Part shown: positions 9,142-17,791 of the stretch, in pieces
How positions within the stretch are numbered: position 1 is the first letter of the stretch
Layout: each line of letters starts with the position of its first letter
Assembly (NCBI GenBank): GCA_963674785.1
Contig: OY771555.1
Coordinates: forward strand, 32,001 to 96,000
Source of the DNA: Caldisericia bacterium
GTDB lineage: Bacteria > Caldisericota > Caldisericia > JAAYUI01
Length of the DNA: 64,000 nucleotides
Direction: 5' to 3'
Program-made: the position numbers and the translations under genes
Notes under the pieces: model-generated
Database searches by the model: none
The model's input: the letters and a program-made list of their open reading frames with translations, nothing else
Told to the model about the DNA's origin: nothing

Positions 9142-10206
9142 ATGGACAAAACTAAACTCATTAAAGACTTTAATATCTATGAAATTGACACAAGCAATAT
9201 CCCTGAAAAGGACATGGAGAGTCTTTATAAAATAGCTCTGGAGAAATGGGGAGAAGAGCACCCAGAGCTAATGAAGCCAACCTTTTCTGAGGTAAAACGA
9301 GAACACCGAGATAGTATTCCGTCTGATATCATTAATAAATTCATTGTTAGAGACAATGAAAACAATGGGTTCATTGGTTACGCAACACTGGGATATATCA
9401 AAAGAGATGTTGATGCACCTGAAGAAGAAAAGGATAAAGCATGGGTTGGGATAAGGATTAGAAAGGAATACAGGAGAAGAGGGATTGGAACGGATGTTTT
9501 AAAATTGCTCACGCTCAGAGTATCAAATCTAAACATCAAAAAGATAACCTCTGGTGCAAGAACAAAATCGGGAAAATCATTCTCCGAAAAGTTCGGCGGA
9601 GAATTATCTAGCCGAAGTTATTATAGCTTTCTAAACCTCAAAAAATGTAACTGGAAAAGAATTGAGGAAATAAATTTCGAAAATAAAAGCAAAAACAGCG
9701 ACATAAAGCTCAAAACCTTTTTCGGAATCAATGACAAAAACTTTGATAACCATTTCACAAAAATCGCTGAGTATATGGAGGAAGTATCAGAATACTCGAC
9801 AGATTGGGATTTCGATAAAGATTTCTTTCTCAGAGAAGTTATTCCCGAGGAGAAAAAAGCAAAAGAGCGTGGTGTAAAAAAACTCTACGTTTATGCATAC
9901 CAAAATGAGAAAATAATTGGTGTATCGGAGCTCAGAATCGAACCAGAAAATTCTAAGGAAATCTACACCGAAATAACTGGGATTGACAGAGATTTCAGGG
10001 GTCGAGGTTTGTGCAAGCTACTGAAAACAGAATTATTACTCAAAATCAAAAAAGATTTCCCCGATATAGAACTGATAACAACTGGAAATGATGAAGATAA
10101 TTCTGCGATAAGAAAAGTTAATAAGGAATTTGGATTCAAACAACTTGAAATTTCCAAAGGATATATATTTGATGTAGATAATCTGAAGAAAAGACTTGGA
10201 TTATGA
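9142..10206 (+). CDS. Double-domain GNAT N-acetyltransferase, copy 5 of 6
   Basis: YRRRGIGTDVL; TGIDRDFRGRGLC; TGNDEDNSAIRKVNKEFGF. Confidence 0.88.
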   Translation: MDKTKLIKDFNIYEIDTSNIPEKDMESLYKIALEKWGEEHPELMKPTFSEVKREHRDSIPSDIINKFIVRDNENNGFIGYATLGYIKRDVDAPEEEKDKAWVGIRIRKEYRRRGIGTDVLKLLTLRVSNLNIKKITSGARTKSGKSFSEKFGGELSSRSYYSFLNLKKCNWKRIEEINFENKSKNSDIKLKTFFGINDKNFDNHFTKIAEYMEEVSEYSTDWDFDKDFFLREVIPEEKKAKERGVKKLYVYAYQNEKIIGVSELRIEPENSKEIYTEITGIDRDFRGRGLCKLLKTELLLKIKKDFPDIELITTGNDEDNSAIRKVNKEFGFKQLEISKGYIFDVDNLKKRLGL

Positions 10207-11270
10207 TTGAAAAGGAAAAGATATTAGATAAATACAGAATTTATGAGGTTGATTTCAAAAATATCTCAGACGGAGACATGAACGATATTTATGGTTTAAC
10301 GTTGGAAAGATGGGAAGAATCATACTTCATGTTACCAAAACCAACATTTGAGAATGAAAAACATGAATACACTCACAATCATCCATCAGATATCGCCTCA
10401 AAATATATCATCAGAGACAATACAGGTGAATTGGTCGCAGCAACAACAATTTCGAGAATAAAGCCTGAGATTGATGCTCCTGAGGATGAAAAAAACCGCG
10501 GATGGATATCAATCTCGGTGAGGAAGGAATTCCGAAGAGTCGGTGTGGGAACTGAAACACTCAAATTTTTGACAGGGTATGCACATGAAAAAAACCTCAA
10601 AAAGCTCCAGGTTTTTACGAGTATGGATGAAGGTGTAAAATTCTGTGAAAGGTTCAAAGGTGAGATAACTGGAAGAAGTTACTTCAATTACCTAGACTTC
10701 AGAAACCTGGATACAAAGAAATTCCAAAGAATAATGGATGTCATCCAGAAAGAAAATCCAGGTATTTCAATATCTACATCAGTTAGTTTGAAGGACTCAG
10801 ATAGAGAAAAATACCTAAAACTATTATGTGAGTTTGCAGAGGATATTTCTATCTATTCCCCTGAATGGAACTACGATGAAAAATTCTTTTTGGAGATGAC
10901 CCTCGAAAATGAGCAAGTAGAAAAAGAAAAAGGAATTGCAAGACTGTTCTCACACGCCAGAACAGAAAATGGTGAAATCATAGGGATGTCAGAGCTTCAC
11001 TACAATCCCAAAAAACCAAAAGAGATTTATACTGAGATTACTGGAGTTACAAAAGATTACAGAAAAAGAGGGATTGCGAAGCTTCTAAAAATCAAGCTTT
11101 TCTTGTTTGCAAAAGAAATGTATCCAGATATAGAAATTTTACTCACTGAAAATGACGAGGGGAACTCAAACATGAGGAAGATCAATCATGATTTTGGATT
11201 CAAAAACATGCCAATCCAGACTGAGTATACATTTAAAATCGATACTCTAAAAAAGCTCTTTGATGATTAG
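10203..11270 (+). CDS. Double-domain GNAT N-acetyltransferase, copy 6 of 6
   Basis: FRRVGVGTETL; TGVTKDYRKRGIA; TENDEGNSNMRKINHDFGF. Confidence 0.88.
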   Translation: MIEKEKILDKYRIYEVDFKNISDGDMNDIYGLTLERWEESYFMLPKPTFENEKHEYTHNHPSDIASKYIIRDNTGELVAATTISRIKPEIDAPEDEKNRGWISISVRKEFRRVGVGTETLKFLTGYAHEKNLKKLQVFTSMDEGVKFCERFKGEITGRSYFNYLDFRNLDTKKFQRIMDVIQKENPGISISTSVSLKDSDREKYLKLLCEFAEDISIYSPEWNYDEKFFLEMTLENEQVEKEKGIARLFSHARTENGEIIGMSELHYNPKKPKEIYTEITGVTKDYRKRGIAKLLKIKLFLFAKEMYPDIEILLTENDEGNSNMRKINHDFGFKNMPIQTEYTFKIDTLKKLFDD

Positions 11271-11494
11271 AGCTTATCTTCAGGTTCTTTATCCAATCGA
11301 ATTATGCCTTTTGGGTTGACACCTTCCTCAGAAGGAAAACTATCAAGCATCAAGGATTTTGTTATTACACGGTCTCTTTTTGGATGAATCGGATTCTTAT
11401 TCAGATCATCCTTGCTCAACTCTCTGTCGGTTCCAAGGACTTCTTTGAGTCGAAGTTTTGCTCTTATTGCAGATTCGTTATCTTGTTTGGGCAT
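11267..11494 (-). CDS. MinE-like small protein (only the MinD-contact helix is recognisable)
   Basis: Directly downstream of minD. SAIRAKLRLKEVLGTDR matches the MinE S/A-x-x-A-K-E-R-L-x-x-x-L-x-x-D-R motif; the rest is not MinE-like. Confidence 0.6.
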   Translation of the reverse strand: MPKQDNESAIRAKLRLKEVLGTDRELSKDDLNKNPIHPKRDRVITKSLMLDSFPSEEGVNPKGIIRLDKEPEDKL

Positions 11495-11503
11495 GATTCT
11501 TTC

Positions 11504-12298
11504 CTATCCCCCCTTAAACGCCGAACCAAGTCTCTTCCAAAATCCATCTTTTTCGGGCATTGAAACCGGGATATCGATTCCTTGAATCCTTTTTGCGATA
11601 GTCGAAACAGCTTTTGAGACAGGAGATTTAGAGTTCAAAAATACTGGTTCACCTCTATTTGTTGAGACTATAACGTTCCTATCCTCAGGAACAGCCCCAA
11701 GCAACCTCACAGCCAATATATCAATGACATCATCAATTGAGAGCATCTCACCTGATGATACCATGTCCGGTTTAATTCGGTTTATAATAAGCGAGATGTT
11801 TGTTTTTCCGGCAGACTCTAAAAGTCCGATGACCCTATCAGCATCTCTTACTGAGGCAATCTCTGGTGTTACAACAACTATCGCCTCATCTGCAGGCTGG
11901 ATTGCATTATTAAAACCATGCTCAATTCCAGCAGGGCAATCTAAAATAACAAAATCAAATGCAGTCTTAAGCGCAGCAACAATCGCTTGCATTTCGTCAA
12001 CCCCAAGATCATCTTTTCTGAAGGTTTGAGCCGCAGGAAGCAGATAAAGACTTGAACTGAGCCTTTTATCTTTGACAAGAGCAGATTTTAACTCACATTC
12101 TCTTCTTGCGACATGAAGAATATTCCAAACAATCCTGTTTTCTAGACCTAAAATCACATCGAGATTTCTAAGACCTATGTCAGTATCAACAAGAACAACT
12201 TTTGAGCCATCCATTGAAAGAGCATAGCCGATATTTGCAGTAAGTGTCGTCTTGCCAACCCCTCCCTTGCCAGACGTAATAACTATCGCTCTACTCAT
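11504..12298 (-). CDS. minD: Septum site-determining ATPase MinD
   Basis: ITSGKGGVGKTT, DTDIGLRNLDVILGLENRIV, DCPAGIEHGF, RDADRVIGLLE; C-terminal amphipathic GFWKRLGSAF. Confidence 0.97.
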   Translation of the reverse strand: MSRAIVITSGKGGVGKTTLTANIGYALSMDGSKVVLVDTDIGLRNLDVILGLENRIVWNILHVARRECELKSALVKDKRLSSSLYLLPAAQTFRKDDLGVDEMQAIVAALKTAFDFVILDCPAGIEHGFNNAIQPADEAIVVVTPEIASVRDADRVIGLLESAGKTNISLIINRIKPDMVSSGEMLSIDDVIDILAVRLLGAVPEDRNVIVSTNRGEPVFLNSKSPVSKAVSTIAKRIQGIDIPVSMPEKDGFWKRLGSAFKGG

Positions 12299-12334
12299 GG
12301 TTATTTATTTTATGTCCTATACGGATATTGTCAA
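12299..12334 (-). promoter_or_regulatory. Putative leaderless sigma70 promoter of minD
   Basis: Minus strand TTGACA, 16 nt, TAAAAT, 8 nt, ATG; no SD. Confidence 0.6.
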
Positions 12335-12341
12335 TCTGCCG

Positions 12342-12938
12342 TCAAATATGTGGTCTTGCAACAAACCCAATTTTTCTTTCTGGGTTATGTTTGTTTTCCA
12401 TCATCCCACGAACAACCTTTATTATCGACCTTATTGCTTGTTCATGTAAATCAATCTGATCCTTAAGTTTGAAGAAATCAGCAGAATTAGAATCATAGCT
12501 CGAGATTGCCTTTCTAAATCTCACAAATGCCCTTACGACATATATACTCACTTCAATTGCCCTTTTTGTATTTAAAACACTTGCAGTCATAACCACACCA
12601 TGTTCTGTAAAAACATTGGGCATTGATGATGAATACTTTAATCCATTTAGCTGGTCGCAGTTTGCGACCAGTTCACCTTTCTCTTCTTTTGTAAGTTGAA
12701 ACATAAAATCCCTTGGAAAACGGGAGATGTTTCTTTTTATTTGCTCATTTAGTCTCTTTGTTTTAACTCCATAAAGCTTCGCAAGATCAGAATCAACAAT
12801 CACCTTTTTCCCTCTGATATCTTTAATGAGATAATCAATGTTGAGCAAATCATCTTCCGATAATCCATAAAATAAATCTGGTAACATTTCGCTTGATTTA
12901 GCTGAACAGTCTTCGAGTTGGCCCATTTCTTTTTCCAT
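12342..12938 (-). CDS. ORF6N (KilA-N-like) DNA-binding domain protein
   Basis: IRGKKVIVDSDLAKLYGVKTKRLNEQIKRNISRFPRDFMFQLT..PNVFTEHGVVM..VRAFV; C-terminal RKIGF; GGAGG before ATG 12938. Confidence 0.9.
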   Translation of the reverse strand: MEKEMGQLEDCSAKSSEMLPDLFYGLSEDDLLNIDYLIKDIRGKKVIVDSDLAKLYGVKTKRLNEQIKRNISRFPRDFMFQLTKEEKGELVANCDQLNGLKYSSSMPNVFTEHGVVMTASVLNTKRAIEVSIYVVRAFVRFRKAISSYDSNSADFFKLKDQIDLHEQAIRSIIKVVRGMMENKHNPERKIGFVARPHI

Positions 12939-13140
12939 GCATCCTCCGAAAATGTCGTTTTGTTTCAATTTGTGCATCAAAACGTAATAAATATAACTCG
13001 TATAACCATCCAAATATCTGAGTCAAAGAAAATAATATGTCGAAAAATATTGGTAAATGTCGAATAAAATGCCTATGTATCTTTCATTTTTCACAAGTTT
13101 GTATATAATGTTGCTACAATGAAGAAAGGGGATAGAAAAA

Positions 13141-15282
13141 ATGTCTTCTAGGAAAATATATTTTATAATAATATTGTGTCTTATCCTGATAATACCTCCT
13201 GGTATTTCAAATTCAATTGCATCAACGGAACCCTACCTTTCAGTTCTGCAACCTAATGGTGGAGAGAGATGGGCAGCGAATGAGAATCAAATAATTGCAT
13301 GGGCATCATCAAACTTGAACCCTGAGGGAAGGGTATTTATCTATGTTGGGAGTGACAATAACTGGAAAAAAATCGGAGGGCCGATTCCTACAAACATTAA
13401 TGCCTGGACATGGAACATCAAAGATGTGGGCTTCACATATGCAAAAATAAAAGTTGTATGTTATGTAAATGGCACAACCCAGATTGAAGACTCATCTGAT
13501 GGATTTGTTACATTTTTGGGTACAACCCCACACCTTGAGCCACCCACATTGCTCTCTCCATTGAACAATTCTCTTAATATCTCAATCAAACCAACATTCA
13601 AATGGAATAAGATAAATGCCGCTTACAGCTACAGAATTCAGATTTCAAGATTTGAATCATTCTCGAATATCTACATGGATAGATGGGTCGTTGGAGAAGA
13701 ATTCTTTACACCAGATCTGTCTCTTCCAGGCGATTCTGTTCTCTATTGGAGAGTAGCATCATATGATTCATCAGGAACTGCCAGTCTCTGGTCGTACCCA
13801 TGGGTGTTTGACACTGGAAAATCAGATAATGCAAGTTTTTTTACCTCAAGCGGAAGACTAACAAATTCTGATGGATACCCGATCTCCGGAGCAATAATTG
13901 ATTTTATCTGTGAAAACAGTGATGTGGTTACCCCACCATATTCTGTTGTTTCCGACTCCCAGGGATATTGGAGCCAGACAGGGTTTAAAGCCGGATACAA
14001 ATTCAAGGTTATCCCTGAAAAACCTGTTTACTCATTCGCCCCCACTGCCCAATATGTTGAGCTTTGGAACTCTACAAATATCAATTTTGTCGGCACATCT
14101 GGATTCACAGGTGGGATAACAATCGCCTACCCAAACGGAACAGAGATTATCGAAGCAAACAAAAATCATCTTATCAGATGGACATCCTCTGGTCTCGACC
14201 CAAACAGTTACCTATACATATATCTCAAAAAAAGTATTGGAGAAACTGAGCTTATCGCTGGTCCAATTTCCCCATCAATGATGTCTTACAACTGGTACGC
14301 CCCGAATTTTGAAATTGAGATGGCAAAGATTCAAATTGTTTGCAAAAAAGATGAAAAGATTCTATCCGCCGATGAAAGTAACTGGTGGTTCAAAATCTCA
14401 AAAACACCAGAAACCCCACAAAGACCAACGCTGATTTCACCAATCAATGGTGAAAGATGGGTTTCAACATATCCAAAACTCAGCTGGATACCAATAACAG
14501 AATACGACCTTTACCAGGTTCAACTTAGTGATGATCAGTATTTTGCAAACATCATCCTTGAAAGATACGTCCCCCAAACCTGGGTAGAAGTCACACCCGC
14601 TCTGATGCGTGGAAGGAAATACTATTGGCGTGTGAAGGCTTTCAATAACACAACAAGCGATACCACAGAATGGAGCTATTACAACACCTTCGAAACAGGC
14701 CACGAGAGAGAAGACAGCAAATGGATGGCATCAGGATATGTCAGAGATGAAAACGGCAACGGAGTATATGGTTGCATGATTTCCTTTGTTGCTGCTGACA
14801 ACTATTCAAAAGTCCCACCTGTTGCCGTCACAAACAAAGAGGGGTTTTGGAGTCAGACAGGATTTGCAGAAGATGTCGAGTATTACGTTTATCCATCAAT
14901 TTCAGGTGCGACCTTCACACCGACATACCGAACAATTGAGCAGAGTATTTCCACAAACACCGACTTCATTGCATATGGTCTTGGTTCTATCTCTCAGATT
15001 TCTGTCAGGTCGCCAACTGCCGGAAGCTACCCAAGGGGTGGAACTCTCTCAATTGCGTGGTCTGTCAGCTCAATCCCAAGTGATGCAGTTTTTTATATCA
15101 GCCTGCTTCATGACGGAAAGGTAACAACCATCGACGGCCCAATTGCAAACGACATCAGATATCACGTTTGGACAATCCCAGACATCATTACAAGCGATGC
15201 CAAGGTGAGAGTACAAGCCTGGAGAAATTCCCAAATAATTGCCGAAGCCAAGAGCGCAACTTTTTCTATAACTGGGCCGTAA
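13141..15282 (+). CDS. Secreted multi-beta-sandwich protein (Ig-like, FN3-like and carboxypeptidase-regulatory-like modules), internally duplicated
   Basis: Signal peptide; repeated modules PNGGE..IIAW / PNGTE..LIRW, PTLLSP..YWRV / PTLISP..YWRV, GYWSQTGF / GFWSQTGF. Confidence 0.7.
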   Translation: MSSRKIYFIIILCLILIIPPGISNSIASTEPYLSVLQPNGGERWAANENQIIAWASSNLNPEGRVFIYVGSDNNWKKIGGPIPTNINAWTWNIKDVGFTYAKIKVVCYVNGTTQIEDSSDGFVTFLGTTPHLEPPTLLSPLNNSLNISIKPTFKWNKINAAYSYRIQISRFESFSNIYMDRWVVGEEFFTPDLSLPGDSVLYWRVASYDSSGTASLWSYPWVFDTGKSDNASFFTSSGRLTNSDGYPISGAIIDFICENSDVVTPPYSVVSDSQGYWSQTGFKAGYKFKVIPEKPVYSFAPTAQYVELWNSTNINFVGTSGFTGGITIAYPNGTEIIEANKNHLIRWTSSGLDPNSYLYIYLKKSIGETELIAGPISPSMMSYNWYAPNFEIEMAKIQIVCKKDEKILSADESNWWFKISKTPETPQRPTLISPINGERWVSTYPKLSWIPITEYDLYQVQLSDDQYFANIILERYVPQTWVEVTPALMRGRKYYWRVKAFNNTTSDTTEWSYYNTFETGHEREDSKWMASGYVRDENGNGVYGCMISFVAADNYSKVPPVAVTNKEGFWSQTGFAEDVEYYVYPSISGATFTPTYRTIEQSISTNTDFIAYGLGSISQISVRSPTAGSYPRGGTLSIAWSVSSIPSDAVFYISLLHDGKVTTIDGPIANDIRYHVWTIPDIITSDAKVRVQAWRNSQIIAEAKSATFSITGP

Positions 15283-15397
15283 AAGTTCTGCTCAACAAGT
15301 CAAGCAACATTTGTGAGTCTGTTTCCCTTGTCTTATGTGTAGTTTGTTGTTTCATCTGCCGGGAAGAGTGATGGATTTAGAAGTTTCATTTTAGGGA

Positions 15398-16450
15398 TTA
15401 ATCTGCAATAATAACTGGTTTTTCTTTGTCATTCTCACTTGTGTCACCTGGATCAGATTTGTCTTCAGGTGGATATTCATCACCAATCCCTTCACCTCGT
15501 CCTTTTCCAGTCATCATATCCTTTGTTTCTTGTCCTTCTCCTCCAACATTTCCATCTGCTTCGTCCCAGTCCATGCAACCATCATTATCATCGTCGTCAT
15601 CCAGGACATCAGAGATTTTGTCTGCATCATCATCGTCATCAACAACATCCATGATTCCATCCGAGTCTGTATCGGGAGTAAATCGGTACCATTTCCCAAG
15701 AATATGGGACATTGTTTTTTGATGTTCAGAATTAACTGAAAATCTTGGGTCAGATTTTATTTCCCCAAGAAGGTCATTTAAAAACACTTCTATTTTTTCA
15801 TGAGAAAGCTGTTTTTTGTTTTCTTCGGTTATGCCATGTTTTGTTTCAATTTTTGTAATAATTTTATCAAGCTCCTCACGACCTGGACCAGCTATATAAC
15901 CATATTCAAATGTTGGGCCACCACCCATTAATGAGCCAATAAACAGAACTCTTTCATTATTATCATTATCTTCATCCCAAATTCCGTCACCATCATCGTC
16001 TGGGTCTATTGTATCACATATTCCATCATAATCCGAATGTATTGCTTTACCGAACTCAGATTCAAGAATCTCAGAAATTTTGACTAAGTTCATACTGTCA
16101 TCATTTAATATTCCATCAATAACTTCGTATCCGCTATCTTTATCAACAATCTTTTGAAACAACTCTGCAAAAAACTTATCTCTATTTTCAGGGTTTGCAT
16201 TATGGGCATCAACTTCACCATTCTTTGAGTCGAAATCCTTTTTTGTTTTTGTGATTATCTCAGCCAAACCTTCGTGATTCGGACCATTTATTGGGCCAGC
16301 GTTAAACGATGAACCTGCACCCATCAAACGTTTCGCAATTCTTAGTGAATGACTATCAAACTTAGTATTATTTTCATTTGTGTTACTACATCCAAATATC
16401 GCAAGAACCAACATCGTACTGAGTACCATAGTAATACTAAACTTTTTCAT
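15398..16450 (-). CDS. Lipoprotein with Asp-rich Ca-binding (TSP3-like) repeats
   Basis: Lipobox IFGC; DxDxDG-type runs (DYDGICDTIDPDDDGDGIWDED; DTDSDGIMDVVDDDDD..DDDNDGCMD); GGAGGAG SD. Confidence 0.7.
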   Translation of the reverse strand: MKKFSITMVLSTMLVLAIFGCSNTNENNTKFDSHSLRIAKRLMGAGSSFNAGPINGPNHEGLAEIITKTKKDFDSKNGEVDAHNANPENRDKFFAELFQKIVDKDSGYEVIDGILNDDSMNLVKISEILESEFGKAIHSDYDGICDTIDPDDDGDGIWDEDNDNNERVLFIGSLMGGGPTFEYGYIAGPGREELDKIITKIETKHGITEENKKQLSHEKIEVFLNDLLGEIKSDPRFSVNSEHQKTMSHILGKWYRFTPDTDSDGIMDVVDDDDDADKISDVLDDDDDNDGCMDWDEADGNVGGEGQETKDMMTGKGRGEGIGDEYPPEDKSDPGDTSENDKEKPVIIAD

Positions 16451-16490
16451 TACTCCTCCAAGGATTAGTCAAAATTTGTCCAAACATGGT

Positions 16491-17708
16491 TTAATTAATA
16501 ACCAGTGTTACTTTCCTCTCATTACCATCCCAGGAAACCTCAGCACCAAGTGCTTCACCAATAAACCTGAAAGGAACAAACGTTCTTCCACTTAAGATTG
16601 TTGGTGGAGGATCAACTTGAGTCATCTGACCATTTACAAACGATGAACTCGAATCAACCCACATCTCAATAACATTTTTTCCATGGGTGATTGTTACTTT
16701 CTTTTCTGTTCCATCCCAGGAAACATCAGCTCCGAAGGCTTCAGATATTGCACGAACGGGAACAACAGTTCGACCAGAAACAATTGTTGGTGGAGCGTCA
16801 AGCCTTTTTGTTTGACCATTAACCCTCATGATGTCACTATCTATCCAAAGCTCAACTGTGCCACTGCCACCTGAAACATCAGCATCATCATGCAGAATCG
16901 TAAGCTCAATTGGTGTAGTCTGACTTCCGCCCTCATGATAAAAAGTCAAATCAGCTTCATGCAGTCCGGTGATGAGATTTTTCGCATCAAACATAATATC
17001 AAACTCTGCACTCTCCCCTGGTTTCAAAAATGCTGAGGCGGGTGTTACAATAAGCCAACCAGATCCAAACTCGTCATATTCAACTTTCCATTTAATAGTC
17101 AGATTTGTATCACCGGTATTTGTCCACGTTATCGTGTATGTGGGTGATGGGTCACTGTGTTTCATTGAATATCTTATTGTGTCGCTAACAGTATCTGACC
17201 CGCCCCCATCATCCGATCCACCTGGAGAAGTAGTTGTTGTTAATCCCAAAAATGTAAAGTACCAGCCAGCAGAATCTGATGAGACGATCGCCACACATCC
17301 ATATACTGGGCAATCACTGAGCATATTCTCGTTATGACCTTGAGACTTTTTCCATTGGTTGAAGGCGGACAGCACAGGGTCAGTGTGTCCGTGATTGAAT
17401 GCAACATTTTCAACATAGCAAGAATAGTCTATACCAGCATCTTTGAGTCTGTCATCTGGTCCTTTTCCATTGAGATCATGGGAAAGTTGCTGAGTATTGT
17501 GCATATTAACTGTATGATTATAAGCAACTACATACGCAGACTCATGCCACTGCATTTTTGCGAGACCCATTTGAACTCTATAATCATTTATCATGTTAAA
17601 AAGTCTCGTTGAATCAGACTTGCTTGCTGCATATGTAAAATCTGGCAAAGCAACAAAAAGGGTAAAAAACATCGTGGCAACAAGGATTAAACTCAAAGCT
17701 CTTCTCAT
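16491..17708 (-). CDS. Secreted CAP/SCP-domain protein with Ig-like and copper-amine-oxidase-N (stalk) domains
   Basis: Signal peptide; INDYR..AYNHT.NM..LSH..ENVA..WKKSQGHNENML; C-terminal GRTVVPVRAISEAFGADVSWD and GRTFVPFRFIGEALGAEVSWD. Confidence 0.85.
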   Translation of the reverse strand: MRRALSLILVATMFFTLFVALPDFTYAASKSDSTRLFNMINDYRVQMGLAKMQWHESAYVVAYNHTVNMHNTQQLSHDLNGKGPDDRLKDAGIDYSCYVENVAFNHGHTDPVLSAFNQWKKSQGHNENMLSDCPVYGCVAIVSSDSAGWYFTFLGLTTTTSPGGSDDGGGSDTVSDTIRYSMKHSDPSPTYTITWTNTGDTNLTIKWKVEYDEFGSGWLIVTPASAFLKPGESAEFDIMFDAKNLITGLHEADLTFYHEGGSQTTPIELTILHDDADVSGGSGTVELWIDSDIMRVNGQTKRLDAPPTIVSGRTVVPVRAISEAFGADVSWDGTEKKVTITHGKNVIEMWVDSSSSFVNGQMTQVDPPPTILSGRTFVPFRFIGEALGAEVSWDGNERKVTLVIN

Positions 17709-17761
17709 TAGGATTCCTCCTTCTACACTACTAAAACGATTATACCATCTTTTTGGTTCAG

Positions 17762-17784
17762 TGTGAAATTATTCACATTAGAAT
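17762..17784 (+). promoter_or_regulatory. Palindrome TGTGAA-N4-TTCACA abutting the putative uvrB -10 box
   Basis: TGTGAAATTATTCACA at 17762-17777; TAGAAT at 17779-17784, 7 nt before ATG 17792. Confidence 0.5.
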
Positions 17785-17791
17785 ACTCATC

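Noticed and set aside
4912-11270. GNAT array as integron cassettes or a DGR target set
   Set aside because: The genes overlap or are 2 nt apart, leaving no room for attC sites. There is no integrase or reverse transcriptase, and divergence is spread along the genes rather than adenine-specific.
15426-15739. Cluster of short Ser-, His- and Met-rich alternative-frame ORFs
   Set aside because: They are shadows of the GAT/GAC-rich Asp repeats in the 15398-16450 lipoprotein gene.
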